DNA of 64,000 nt from contig OZ237737.1 in assembly GCA_965178125.1 (NCBI GenBank), forward strand, positions 558,001-622,000, read 5' to 3'. The notes beneath the pieces are model-generated. The model searched no databases. It was not told where the DNA came from and was given only the letters and a program-made list of their open reading frames with translations. The translations under genes and the position numbers were made by a program. Of the stretch, positions 11,009 through 22,521 are shown piece after piece (position 1 is the stretch's first letter; every line of letters starts with the position of its first letter). This stretch comes from Bilabrum cf. latius (lineage: Eukaryota).

Positions 11009-13678
11009 TCATGTCCCTCTTGGCCTCCTGTACCGCCTTGCGTCCTCCAACTGAGCAACACGAGCACGCAGCTTCTCCAGCTCGACTCGCTGTTGCTGCA
11101 ATATCGACAAGGTGCCAGTTCCCGGCCGGTCCCCGTGCGACAGCAGCACCTTCACGCATTCCATGTGCCCGCCCATCATTGCAGCCTCCATCGGTGACAC
11201 CATTGGGCCGGTAGTAGCCTCACCCTCGATCTTCAGCCCACCAGCCAGCTTGCCCAGTCTCAGCCGCTTGTCCAGTTCCATGGGCCTGCCGTCCCTCGCC
11301 GCGCTGAAGACTCGGGCTGCATCACGTGTCGCTGCGTGGGCGCGTCTCCATCTAATCAGGAAATACGGGCGTGGCCTGAAGTTCCTGATCAATTGCAGCG
11401 TCTTGAAGTATGGTGAACCTAGCTCAAAATGGTCTGCGATCTCGTCAATGGGTTTGTAGTCTTCTACATTGGCTGCCTATTTGTCTGCACCAGCCAGCAG
11501 CAGAGCTCTGGCGCATTCCAGCTCGCCTTTCTCAGCTGCTAAGTGCAGAGGGGTATCGTCATTTTCGTCACGAGCGCTTACAGATGCGCCTCCCTCCAAC
11601 AGCACATTGACCATGTCTGAGAACCCCTTGCTGGCTGCGATATGCAATGCAGTTTGCTTGAGACTCCACGTGGTCGAATCGATCTTAGAACCATACGCTT
11701 GTGTGAGTAGCTTTACGCACTTGATGAAGCCTTCCTGAGCGGCGAGTGTTATTGAAGGATCAGTTTCAGGCTAAATACCGTTTGGGTCAGCCCCAGCCTC
11801 CAGCAGCAGCCTGACACATTCAGAATGTCCATTCTGTGCGGCCCTTTGTAGCGCCGTCTTTCGCGCGTATCCCTCAGTTGCGCGGACGCTGGCGCCGGCG
11901 TCTATTAATGCACGAACGCACTCGACGTCTCCCATTTGAGCAGCAAGCCGCACGTGGCGAGATTCTTTTTTCCCGCTCTTCGGCAGCTTGTACCCCGCCC
12001 GGATGAGCGCGAGAACACAAGCCAAGTGCCCCCGGGAGATGGCTAGGCTCAGGGGCGCGTCAGAGCCACCAGAAGATTTATTTACGTCAGCGCCCGCAAC
12101 AGCTAGAGCCGAAATAGAGCTAGCGTGTCCTTCAATCGCAGCCAGCATGGTAGGGGTCTTGCCCTCCGGTCCAGGCGCATCAAGATCTGCACCTCCCTCG
12201 GCTAGAGGAGGGATACAGTGCGCCTTGCCACACTTGGATGCGAGGTGAATCGGGTGCATCTCGTCAGTATTTGTGGCCACCAGCCTGGCATTTGCTCGCG
12301 CGAGCAGACGTAAACAAGCTGCATGCCCCTGCGTAGCGGCGAGATGCGCCGGAGTGTTTCGATCTGAGCTACGCGCGTTGACGTTGGCCTTGCCCGCAAT
12401 GAGTGCTCGAACGCAGTCTGCATGCCCACTGCGACACGCGTAGTGCAATGGAGTCTCGGAGCCAGTATCCAATGCCTCCACATCTGCTCCGGCGTTCACC
12501 AGCAGCTCGATGCACCTGGCATGACCTTTCTATGCGGCAACGTGCATCGCTGTCTCGTCGTCTTCATCATCCTCCAAACCGTGATTGGCACCAGCGTGTA
12601 GCAAAATGGCCAAGCAATCGACATGGTTGTTGATCACCGCCTTATACAGAGGAGTACCAGGGAAACCGGACGTAGATAGAAGGTTAGCTTCGCAGTCGAC
12701 TGCTAGTTCCTGGACACAGGCAGCTTGGTTGAACTCAACGGCGAGACACACAGCAGTGTCGCCGTCTTCGTCGATAGCGTCAACGTCCGCCTCGGCTTCA
12801 AACAAAGCTTTTACACAGTTGACATGTCCCCGTTTAGCAGCCAAATGCATTGGTGTCTGTCCGGTCGAATCCCCAAGGCCGACCGATGCACCGGCTGCAG
12901 CGATAGCAATGATCGCGTTCGCGTGTCCACCACGCGCTGCATAATGCAGAGCAGTGCGCGCCGCATTGTCTGCGAAGTCCACTTCAGCTCCCGCATTGAC
13001 TAGCTATGCAATGCAATCCACGCTGCCATTTCTGGCTGCCCAGTGCAACGGTGATCGCAGGAGCTTGTCGGTGCTCTACACCATGGCCCGTGCACGAATG
13101 AGCTCCCGCACGCAAGATGCATAACCCACTTTCAAAGCTTCATGAAGCGGAGTCAACTAGTCACGATTTGAAGCATTGACGACAGCGCCAGCACGAATGA
13201 GAAGACGAGTGCATGCGACGCTGCCACAGCGAGCAGCAAAATGCACCGGCAGGTTTAGCAATCGATCAGCTGCGTTCACTTTCGCGCCAGCATTCAGCAA
13301 TACCTTCATACACTTAGAGCGTCCATTTCTTGCTGCATGATGCATTGGTGTCATTCCATCTGCATCTTCTGCCTCGATAGGACTACCAGCTTCAATGAGT
13401 GCTGCGATGCCAGCAAGTCGACCACAAGTTGCTGCTATGTGCAACGCGATCCGCTAGCAGTGATCTTTGTCTCGTACCCCGGCTCCAATTTGTATAAGGT
13501 AATTGATCATCGCAGCATCTCCGTGCGAAATGAGCGCTTCGTGTAGAGCAGGCACGCCTTCCGGGGAAGTAAGAGTTTCGGAGGGTTGGCTCTACACTGC
13601 AAGCTTCAGAGCAGCCAGATTGTTGCTATGAATAGCATCCTAGAATCGAGAATATGCAGAGTGCCGATTTGATGACAT
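11009..13678 (-). CDS. Ankyrin-repeat protein, paralog 2 (~889 aa)
   Basis: ATG 13678 to TGA 11009. Co-framed fragments joined over TAG; collinear with paralog 1. Confidence 0.88.
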
Positions 13679-14005
13679 AGAAAGCCGAAACTCTCAATTG
13701 TGTCAACAAGGCTGTGGTGCTCGGTCCGATTCCGAATTCATTGGATTTGGGCTGCTTCACACCTCCAATCCTTGTTAATCCGCCGACCATCTGATCTACT
13801 TGAATTTACCATCTACCACGGCGAACGGGTGCAAATAAGTATTGCCTATTGTGTATGCAAGCGTGTCGGTCTTCCTCTTTTTCCGCGCGAAAACTCGCGC
13901 AAGCGGCACTGCCAGTGGCCTGTGCTCAGCTCACCACTAGACCCGGAAGCCTCCGGTTGCAACGCAAGCGCCCAAGCCTATGCAACAAAGTGCCAAAGCA
14001 TGGTA

Positions 14006-15610
14006 TCACATGCCCGTCCTCAAGAACCTGCTAGGCTTCCCCTTGCCCCCAAGGACGCGACCCGCCACGGGCCTGGCATCCTCACCCCAACCCGCTGCTG
14101 CCGCCGCGGCGCGATCCGCAGAGGCAAAGGCGAACGGCTCGGGCCCGTGTGCCCTCACGAGACCCTTGCTGGCTTCTTTGGCCACCTTGCGGGGCAGCTT
14201 CCAGAGCTTGCCCTTGCCGCGCATGGACACTGGCACTGACAGCACGTGCGGCCTCTCGCACAGGAACACGTAGCCGCTGCCGCTCTCGACGAGCACCGAG
14301 GGAGGGACGCTGCCCTCCATGGCCCTGTACTTCTCGCGGGGAACAACGTCCACTACGTCCACCGTGCCGATGAGGCAGCTCGTCGGGTACACCGCGGGAA
14401 CGGGGAGCGTGACTCGCCGCACCGCCGCGTCCAGCAGTCCCTCCCGTGTCGCGAGCGACTATGATGACGACGATGACACACCTGCAGCAGCCGCCCCTGA
14501 TTCAGCCGCACCACCGCCCCCCGGCGCCCCTTCCTTACCGGCAGGCAGCTCCGGCGGGATGGCGTGTGCGTATACGGCGGCGTACTGGGCCTGCACCTGA
14601 GCCACGTCGTGGGGAGCGGGCGGATGGCCGCCCGCGTGGATCCACAAAGTACCCCGAAACCCGGTGTTCCACTCCCTTCCCTCCGCCCTTTTTAGCCCCC
14701 GCACCATTAAGGAGGCCCACGGCTGGTGCATGGTCATGCAGATTCCGTCTTCCGGTTTCGCCCATTGCGGCCACGAATCCGTGCCACGGAGCCCGTCGGA
14801 GATTGCTCTCACGAGCGGGGCTGGCGCGGGCACGGGTGCTGGCTCGGATCCTGCCAGTGAGGCAGAGGCCGAGTCTGAGGCCGAGACGCCTTTGGCTGAC
14901 CCGGCTGCTGCCCCCTTGGAATCATAGCCGGACTGCCCTTTGTCTGCTTGTTTGCATGCTTGTTGCATCTGCGTGGCCCAGTCGTCGATTGCTCCGCAGG
15001 GGCCTCCTCGCTTCGTCACGAGGGCGGGGCAGCGCACGTATCTGAGAGGAAGGCCTACCCGGGTGGCATACTTCGCTTCAGATAGAGACACAGGGCCGCC
15101 TCCCAGTGCAATGACACCGGCAAGATGAGGCAGGACTGTCTCGCCAAGATAAATGCGAGAAGCTCCCACCAAACTCCCAGCTGCATCCGTGCCGCCGTAC
15201 GGCCCAATTTTCTTTGGATCGTACGGATCGTCCTGATACCAAGTAACAGCACTACATGAGTGATCGACGCCCCCTTCGCCTTTCAACGTACTCTCCCGGT
15301 ACACTCGCTTCTGCACTGCTAGCACTGGCACGCCCCGGTGCGTGGCCAAGTGCTTCGCAACATTTCCGATGCTTGGGCGCTTGCTGCTGGGTGGATCGCC
15401 ACCAAACACTACAAGCCATTCTCCTTTTCCGTACACGCAGTCAAACCTGGAAGCGATGCTATCCGCCTCTCGCAAAGCCGTGTGAAGGTTCTTGAAGCCT
15501 GCACTGCCGTGTCCTATGAGAAGAAACACCTTGCGCTCGAATGGCTCCAAGTACTCGTCGAGCTCGTCTTCATTTAACTCCGGGATTGGAACGTCAAAGG
15601 GTGCAGACAT
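14006..15610 (-). CDS. ASCH-domain (ASC-1/TRIP4-type) protein with N-terminal Rossmann/SLOG-like domain (~534 aa)
   Basis: ASCH motif MHQPWASLMVRGLKRAEGREW..FRGTLWIHA is continued across TAG 14459 by YPTSCLIGTVDVVD...GKGKLWKL; ends at TGA 14006. N-terminal half has VVFGGD and IALGGGPVSLSE. Confidence 0.8.
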
Positions 15611-16145
15611 ACCTACCGGTTCTGGCTCTGTGTGTGATTCCTTTCCACCGGGAATAGTGATGCCTCATGCAGTCCCCAGGCAGCTCCGATCAGATCGCGA
15701 CGGTGACAGCCAGGATATAATGTATGCGATGCAGCAGCAGCGGCAGGTGGCATATCAGTCTTCTATTCAGAATCAAAGCACTGCATCCATACGCCCGGGC
15801 TGACCACGATCGACCGTGATCAACCTCTCTTGCGATCGACCGTGCTCCCGCTTGCCATGGACCCGTGTCTTCGACCGCCAGATCTCAACCAAATCACCCA
15901 TTGCATCGCGGAGTACTGAACAGTAACCCAGCGCGCCAGCCGCAGCCCGTGCCATCTACAGTGTAGTGTCACCTTGGTGCTGAGACTGCAACCTGCCAGC
16001 ATCATCCATTCTGTTTACCCCATTCACTTGCTCTTTCTTCCGGTTCATCGGTCATCATGCACTGCTGCGCACGGCTCTAGCTCTCAACGTTGTGCTCTGC
16101 ATACCGGCCAAACACACCGTGGCAGCGCGCACTGCGCTGTCTCCT

Positions 16146-16182
16146 GGCATGGCATGGCATGGCATGGCAGGGCAAGGCATGG
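16146..16182. repeat. (GGCAT)n microsatellite, ~7 imperfect copies
   Basis: ggcatggcatggcatggcatggcagggcaaggcatgg. Confidence 0.7.
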
Positions 16183-16326
16183 GGTCCGGGTGAGAGAGAG
16201 TGTTGGTCTAGGGATGGCTGAAGCTCGTGCCTCCCTGCGACCTGCAACAACAGCGTGGGAGTTCAGACGCCTGCATCGGTAGACCTGGTTTAAATTTCCC
16301 AGGAATGCATGTCCGAGCAGTCTCGG

Positions 16327-16690
16327 GGCCTACACCAGAGGCAGTTCTGCCAGTGGTCATGGTCGAGGCCTACACCAGAGGCAGGACTGCCGGTGGTCAT
16401 GGTCGAGGCCTACACCAGAGGCAGTTCTGCCAGTGGTCATGGTCGAGGCCTACATCAGAGGCAGGACTGCCAGTGGTCATGGTCGAGGCCTACACCAGAG
16501 GCAGGACTGCCGGTGGTCATGGTCGAGGCCTACACCAGAGGCAGTTCTGCCAGTGGTCATGGTCGAGGCCTACACCAGAGGCAGGACTGCCGGTGGTCAT
16601 GGTCGAGGCCTACACCAGAGGCAGGACTGCCGGTGGTCATGGTCGGGGCCTACACCAGAGGCAGGACTGCCGGTGGTCATGGTCTAGGCC
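16327..16690. repeat. 40-bp minisatellite, 9 copies, two unit variants
   Basis: Unit GGCCTACACCAGAGGCAG[TT/GA]CTGCC[A/G]GTGGTCATGGTCGA at exact 40-nt period, with no spacers. Confidence 0.95.
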
Positions 16691-16823
16691 CGAACCACAT
16701 GGGTGGCAGCAGGTCGGGAATGCCCAAGCAAGTCCTTTCCGCTGCCGCTGGCAGGTTGGTGCAACTGTTCAAGCAGTCTGCTGATGCCTTGACGAATGGT
16801 TGCATTTTACCAACGCTGGGTCA

Positions 16824-17615
16824 TCACATCATCTTGGATAGCTGCGAGCCGTACTTGGCCATCACTGCCTCAGCCAGCATCGCAAACACGGCGAATCCAA
16901 CCGCCGTCACGGTGCCTCCACGAACCATTTCTGCGAAAGCGAAGGACCTCTTACCTTGAGAAGCTGTATCATGGTGGCTGGGAGAAAATGTTATCATTAA
17001 GGGCACACTTCGGCGGCGCAGACTCACTTGGAACCCCGACGTACCGGTTCTACCAGACACCGAGACCGCCCCCAGTGATTAACCCGCCAAGGATTGGATT
17101 CAGGACATCATGTCTAGCTCTATATTTCTCAATGTGACATTCAATTCCGGAGTATACAGCCATGATTCCCCCAAGGTGCTGCGAACTTACAAATTCGGCG
17201 GTCCACAAGAGGCAATGGGAAGATATCGGTTGAAAGAAAGCTGCAGTTCACCGAGTGATCAATCTCACAAGGCCCATTCGACTACCTCTCCGAACACTGG
17301 CAGTAAAAGTCTTGCCGAAGCCGTTGTAAAGCTGTTCGGAAAAGGTTGCCCCGCGAATCTCTCCATGCGCCCCCTCAAAGCTTCCCATGAACACCCCGAA
17401 GCCGACGCCAATGCCGATCCCTGCAGAAAAATTAATAGGCGCTTTGATAGACCTTCCATGTTTGCCAGCGCTCTCGTTGAAAAGGCGGCGACCAGACTAC
17501 ACATCGTCTCACCTTGGAAAGCGGCAATGACCGATCGGAAGCCGCAGCTCTCTTGCACGATGACCATAGCATCCTGCATTGCACCGCCTTGTCGCATGTG
17601 TTCCAAGAATGACAT
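16824..17615 (-). CDS. TIM22: Mitochondrial import inner membrane translocase Tim22 (170 aa, 4 exons)
   Basis: Exons 17615-17513, 17420-17269, 17178-17028, 16930-16824 with GT-AG introns. Spliced product: ESCGFRSVIAAFQGIGIGVGFGVFMGS...GGIMAVYSGIECHIEKYRARHDVLNPILGGLITGGGLG...GFAVFAM. One internal TAG. Confidence 0.82.
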
Positions 17616-17746
17616 GATCAAACAATTGCTGATGCGACCGTCTCTCCCCGGCGACCGACCGCAGCCGCACGCGATGATGATGAGTGCGACCGACGACGCC
17701 GGGCGTTGCGTGCTCGCTTCCACATTATACGCTACCCTCGAAGCAT

Positions 17747-18562
17747 ATGGCCGAGATCAGCATAACAGAAGCTCTAAAGCAGGTTAAAGATGAGTAGAAG
17801 GCCCTTGAATAGAGACTTCAGGCAACTTATGCCGCTCTGCGGCAACAAGAGGCAGCTACTTCTGCTGCAGCAAAGGAGAGAGATACCGCACTCGGTCACG
17901 TCAGCACAGTATCAACCCTATGCACATCCGGGCAAAAGGAATTGCAAGATTTAGAGCACGGCGTCAGCAGCAAGCGAATGGTTCTGCGTCACGCCATCGA
18001 GGAGGCTGTCGCAAGGCAATAGCAGAGGCAAAGCGAAGCTGTCACCGCCTTGCAGCAACTCAGCACAAACGAATCAATTGCCAATGCCCCTCTAAGTTTC
18101 AGCGCACAGGTGGCTCTAGAGGCGGTTGAGCAAGCCAATGATCGCGTTGTACGGGCTGGCAAAGCTGTCGATGCAGCTGGCAGGCTGCAGGACTCAGTTG
18201 CAAAGCTCTAGTACAGCCAAAGGAACCTGAAGGATTCGAGCGAGCGCCAATCTCGGATTCAAGCTGAAAGTGTGTAGCAAGCTGCTTCCATGGGCAAAAC
18301 GGAGAAGGACCTGGCGGCTTGCAGGCGGCAGCGCGCAGCAGATGCGAAGGAGCTCGCGCACAGCCGGCGGAGACGCAAGCAGCTGATCGCTAGAGCAGAG
18401 GCTACTCGAGGAAAAACAGCAACCGCAAGAATTGACTGCAAGGCGTTCTAGCAGCAAAGGGTGCGCTTGCTTGACCAGCTGCAGCGACTCACCGGACGGC
18501 CTGCCGAACCGCCCAGCGTGTTAGCCGCATTCAACTCTACCATGCAGCGGCTGATGGGATGA
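17747..18562 (+). CDS. Hypothetical coiled-coil protein (271 aa), absent from the ORF track
   Basis: ATG 17747 (MAEISITEALKQVKDE*KALE*RLQ...) to TGA 18560. Open apart from 6 TAG codons, mostly in Q/E/K-rich helical context. Confidence 0.72.
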
Positions 18563-18622
18563 ATGCGATATGGCTTGCAATACGGAAAAGAGATCTTACC
18601 GCAAGCTCTAGATCCAATCAAT

Positions 18623-21600
18623 TCATCGGTGCTTCGCCAGCTCATCCTTCGTCTCGCGCTCCATCGCAGCTCGCTCTTCGGGTTTCAGCATGCCGCCGGC
18701 CACCATACCTTCGAGCTCACCGCGACAGCACTTCACTCGCTGAATAACTTGCTTGACTATCGCATTGTTCGCCTTCTTCTTGTGTAGCTCCATGGCAAGC
18801 GCCTGGTCTGTGAACATGCCCCGCACCAGTCCCCGCGCGTACAACTCCGGAGTGAGGGCCCCCGACTCCCTCTCCTTGAACATCTGATGCATGCGACCCT
18901 CAACCGCCATCAGCTCAATGTCAGACCCTTCAACCCCTTGTGCCACCGCCGATTCGAGTCTAGCCTTCTCCTTCATAATGAACTCGAAGGAGAAGATCAG
19001 CATTGGGCTCAATGGCGCTCGGAGGTGATCCCGAGGCACAACGTACCCTCCTGACGCAGCAGCAGCCGCCGGTTGCTTGCCTTGACCTACAGCTTGAGTT
19101 GCTGCCGAGTACGACGGAGGGGGCGGCGGGCTGCCGGTCCCTGGCTGGGATGCAGGAGCGGGAGTGGGAGCAGGAGCAGGAGCTGGAACCGAGGCAGGCG
19201 CTGGTGCTGGTGCTGGTGCGGGTGCTGCAGCGGTCGCCTACCTCTGCTTAGCAGCCGCCTTCATCTGGTCCATTCTATGCTTCAGCATCACCGCGTCGTC
19301 CTTCGCCAGTTCTTCATCCAGCTTCTTCACCTGTGCCTGCGAGACCGCCTGGCCTTCCACGAGGCTCTTCACGTCGCTCTCGTACGCCTGCACGCGAGAC
19401 TGGACGCTCCTGAGGTCTGCCATCACGGACCGGATCACCTCCAGGGGACCGTCTTCGCCCTGAGCCTTGAGCTTCTTCAACTTCTCGCCAAGGGCTCGAG
19501 CCAAGAGCCGGTCCTGCCGGGCACCTTTCAGCAGCCCCTTCGTGTAGAGCTCAGGAGTGAGGTCGCCGGAGTCTCGAGCAGCAAACATGCTCTACATCTG
19601 GCGGTCGAGCACCATCTGCATGCTGCGGATCTCCGTGGCCTGCGCATCCCCCCTTGCACTGGCTGCCTCCTGTTTCAGTCTTTCTTCCTCAGCCTGCAGG
19701 ATGGTGAAGCTGAAGATGTGCTCGGCACTGCGTGGTGCCTTGAGCAGCCCCGGTGGTAGCAGCAGGAATTGGTCGCTCGGCTACACAGCCGATGCAGGCT
19801 GCTGGCTGTGTCTACCACCTGCACCTGCACCTGCACCTGCACCTGCACCTGCACCTGCACCTGCACCTGCACCTGCACCTGCACCTGCACCTGCACCTGC
19901 ACCTGCACCTGCACCTGCACCTGCACCACTTGCTGGGCCCTATCGTGCCTGTGCAGTTGGCATCGTCCCAGCAGCAGGAGCGGGAGCGGGAGCGGCCACT
20001 GCTTCGTGCGGGGCCTGGGTGCTGGCGCCCTGCATCGATGCAAGCAGGAGTGGTGGGATCTCCGGAGGCAGCCAGGCAGCCACGCGGGGTAGCGTGTGCT
20101 GAGTGCTGACCTTCTTGACCTTGCCCGCGGCTGCCATCCTGGCTCTCAGCCTGCAGCTGAGGCAGCCGTTTGGTCCGTTTCCGTCGCCTTCCTTGTCCCC
20201 TTTCCCTTTGTCTTCCCCAGCTCCGGCGCCACCCTTTGCTGCCCCAGCGCCGTCCTCGTCATCGTCTCCGAGGCCGAGATCCATCCCGTCCATGCTGAAA
20301 GCAGCCATGAGGTCACTGGTACCAGAAGACCCTGCCGGGCGCGACCTGGCCTTCATCTTGCGCTGGGCGTCGTCCTCGGGGCCGAAGACGGGTACGCCTC
20401 CCTCCCACACGCTGTCGTCTACCAGGTGCGACAGCGGCACGTGAACCTTACCGATGCACCGGTCGGGGTAGAAGAAGCCTCGACTGACTTGCCATACCTC
20501 AACGCTGATGCCTCGTCGGTTAAAAGCGTTCGCCATCAGCTTGGTCCTCTTGAGCGGTATCATTAATCGCTTCGCAACCTTGCTGGGCTAGCCCGCCTTC
20601 GCCTGCACCTTGGATGTCTTCGAGTCGAGCTTGGGCAGCCCAGGCATCTCCGCCTTAATGTCGAATCGAATAGTCATGGAGCTGTCCGAGGAGGGCGTGC
20701 GAGCCCCATCAATGGACAAGATGCAGAATTCCAGGCGGTCTTCAGGGACGTCTGTGTTCACCCTGGGTCGATGCTGCTCGTTGATTTGCACCTGCGTGCC
20801 TGCGATGCTGGGTGGTGGTCGATGCGGCTCGCCCAGGCATCCTGTCAGTCCCCTGGTCTCTCCAACCAGTCTCTGCAGCTACACTTTCCACTGCTGCACC
20901 CCCTACGGGTCCTTTCTCCTGTTGGCCGCCAAAGCCTGCTCCTTGGCGACATCCATGGCCTTCTTCAGCACGGCGTACTGATCTGCGTATTTGCTCCGCC
21001 AATGTTCGTCCCTGTCTTTGATCTGCTCCACCAGTGTCAGTCCATCCATGGGCGCGAGATTACCTGCCCTTATACCCGCCAAGATGGACTCGAGCGTCTT
21101 GGCAGACCTTGTTGCGAACAGCTAGGCAAGGGCGTCCCTTGTCTACAGTGCAGCCTGTGCAGACTGCTGGTGGGTCTGCATGAGCCGCATCAGCTCTGTA
21201 CTAATGGCTTGCTTCTGCTGCTCTGTGATGCTGGGCGCTGTTGCTGTTGCTGACTCGGGTGCTGGTGCAGCGGCGGGTGCCGGCGCAGGCGCAGGTGGTA
21301 TTCGGGCGCTAGTCCCCGATTCCCGTTTCTATTTCTTGGCGGCTGCTGCTGCTAGTGGTGGTGTTGTGCCACTACCCTGCAGAGTCTGCAGGTCTTTTTC
21401 CCTGTCCTTGATATCACCCGCCAGTTCCGTTGCCCTGGCCATGAGATCCCTGGCTACTGCCAGGTCCCGCGCCGCCATCGCGTTCCTGGCGTCTTCTTTC
21501 ACGCCCTCCAGCTCCTCTCTGAGCCTGTCCCTCTCATCCTGCAGATCCGCGATCATCTGCTGCTTCCGCTCCAGCTCGGCTCGTTCAGCCGCTGAATCGT

Positions 21601-22407
21601 CATCCCTCGGGTCCGGCATCGCGTCAGCCCTCGCCTTGAGCTCTTCCATGGCGGAGATCAGCTCCTGCGCCCTGTCGAAGTCGCCCGTGTCCATGCAGCT
21701 GTTCGCCTCGTGTCTCAGCTCGCTGATCTGACGAATGAGCACGTCGCGTGGCGGGGCCAGCGGGTCTTGGCTGGTGACTGATGCTGGGGCTGGTTCGGGT
21801 GCGGGTGACGGTGTTCGTGCTGGGGCTGGAGCTGGAGCTGGGGCCGGGGCCGGTGCTGGGGCTGGAACTAGGGCTGGAGCTGGTGCTGGAGCTGGAGCTG
21901 GAGCTGGAGCTGGAGCTGGTGCTGGGGCTGGAGCTGGTGCTGGGGCCGGGGCTGGTGCCGGAGACGCAGGTTTGGCTGGCAATCTTGCTGCGCTGCTCCT
22001 GCTGCCGCTGTTCCGTTCCCCGCCTCGCGGTTCTGCTGCGCGCGCAGTTTTCTGTTCATCCTCAGTCTCTGCCTCCATCTCCAGCAACCCTACGGTGCAA
22101 GCATTCGATACAGGATATACAAGTACAAGCCGATCAAAGTGAGTAGACGCCAGCTCAAAGACAACGATTTGACAAACAAGCGAGGGAACTCACGAAGGGT
22201 TTCATCCATATCGACTGGTCCACCGGGCCCTGAACCCCCTTTTTTGCTACCGCTGCTGCCTCCGTGAATTTCTGCCGTGATTCTTGCGAGCTCGGCGTCA
22301 GCATCAGCATCGCTAACTTCGATCGATTCAATTGCGCTAGCATCAAGTCCGCTCAAATCAAGACCACCACCGAATTGCTTCATGAAGTCATCATCGTCTT
22401 TTGCCAT
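18623..22407 (-). CDS. CC2D1: CC2D1/Lgd-like protein (DM14-like helical repeats + C2 domain)
   Basis: Exon 1 22407-22194, intron 22193-22090 (GTGAGT...TAG), exon 2 to TGA 18623, read through multiple TAG. C2 motif 'VEVWQVSRGFFYPDRCIGKVHVPLSHL'; C-terminal 'IFSF...GxLTPELY' module. Confidence 0.72.
19816..19927. repeat. Perfect (GCACCT)n hexamer, ~18 copies, encoding a Gly-Ala tract in the CC2D1-like gene
   Basis: Directly visible; minus-strand frame reads GGT GCA repeats. Confidence 0.95.
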
Positions 22408-22521
22408 GCTTATGCTTGCAATAATGGCTTTCTCGGAGATCGCCTTGGTCAGCGAACTTTCAATATCGAACGTTCGCCACTGACCAATATGGCCACTTTT
22501 TCATTCCTCTATTTCTTCGGT

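Noticed and set aside
16327-16690. CRISPR array or repeat-protein gene
   Set aside because: Units are contiguous with no unique spacers, there are no cas genes, the context is eukaryotic, and the 40-nt period is not a multiple of 3.
16824-17723. Degenerate non-LTR reverse transcriptase (ESCGFR, VRRGSRMG, RYVGVP looked RT-like)
   Set aside because: Clean GT-AG splicing yields a complete in-frame Tim22, and there is no YxDD motif.
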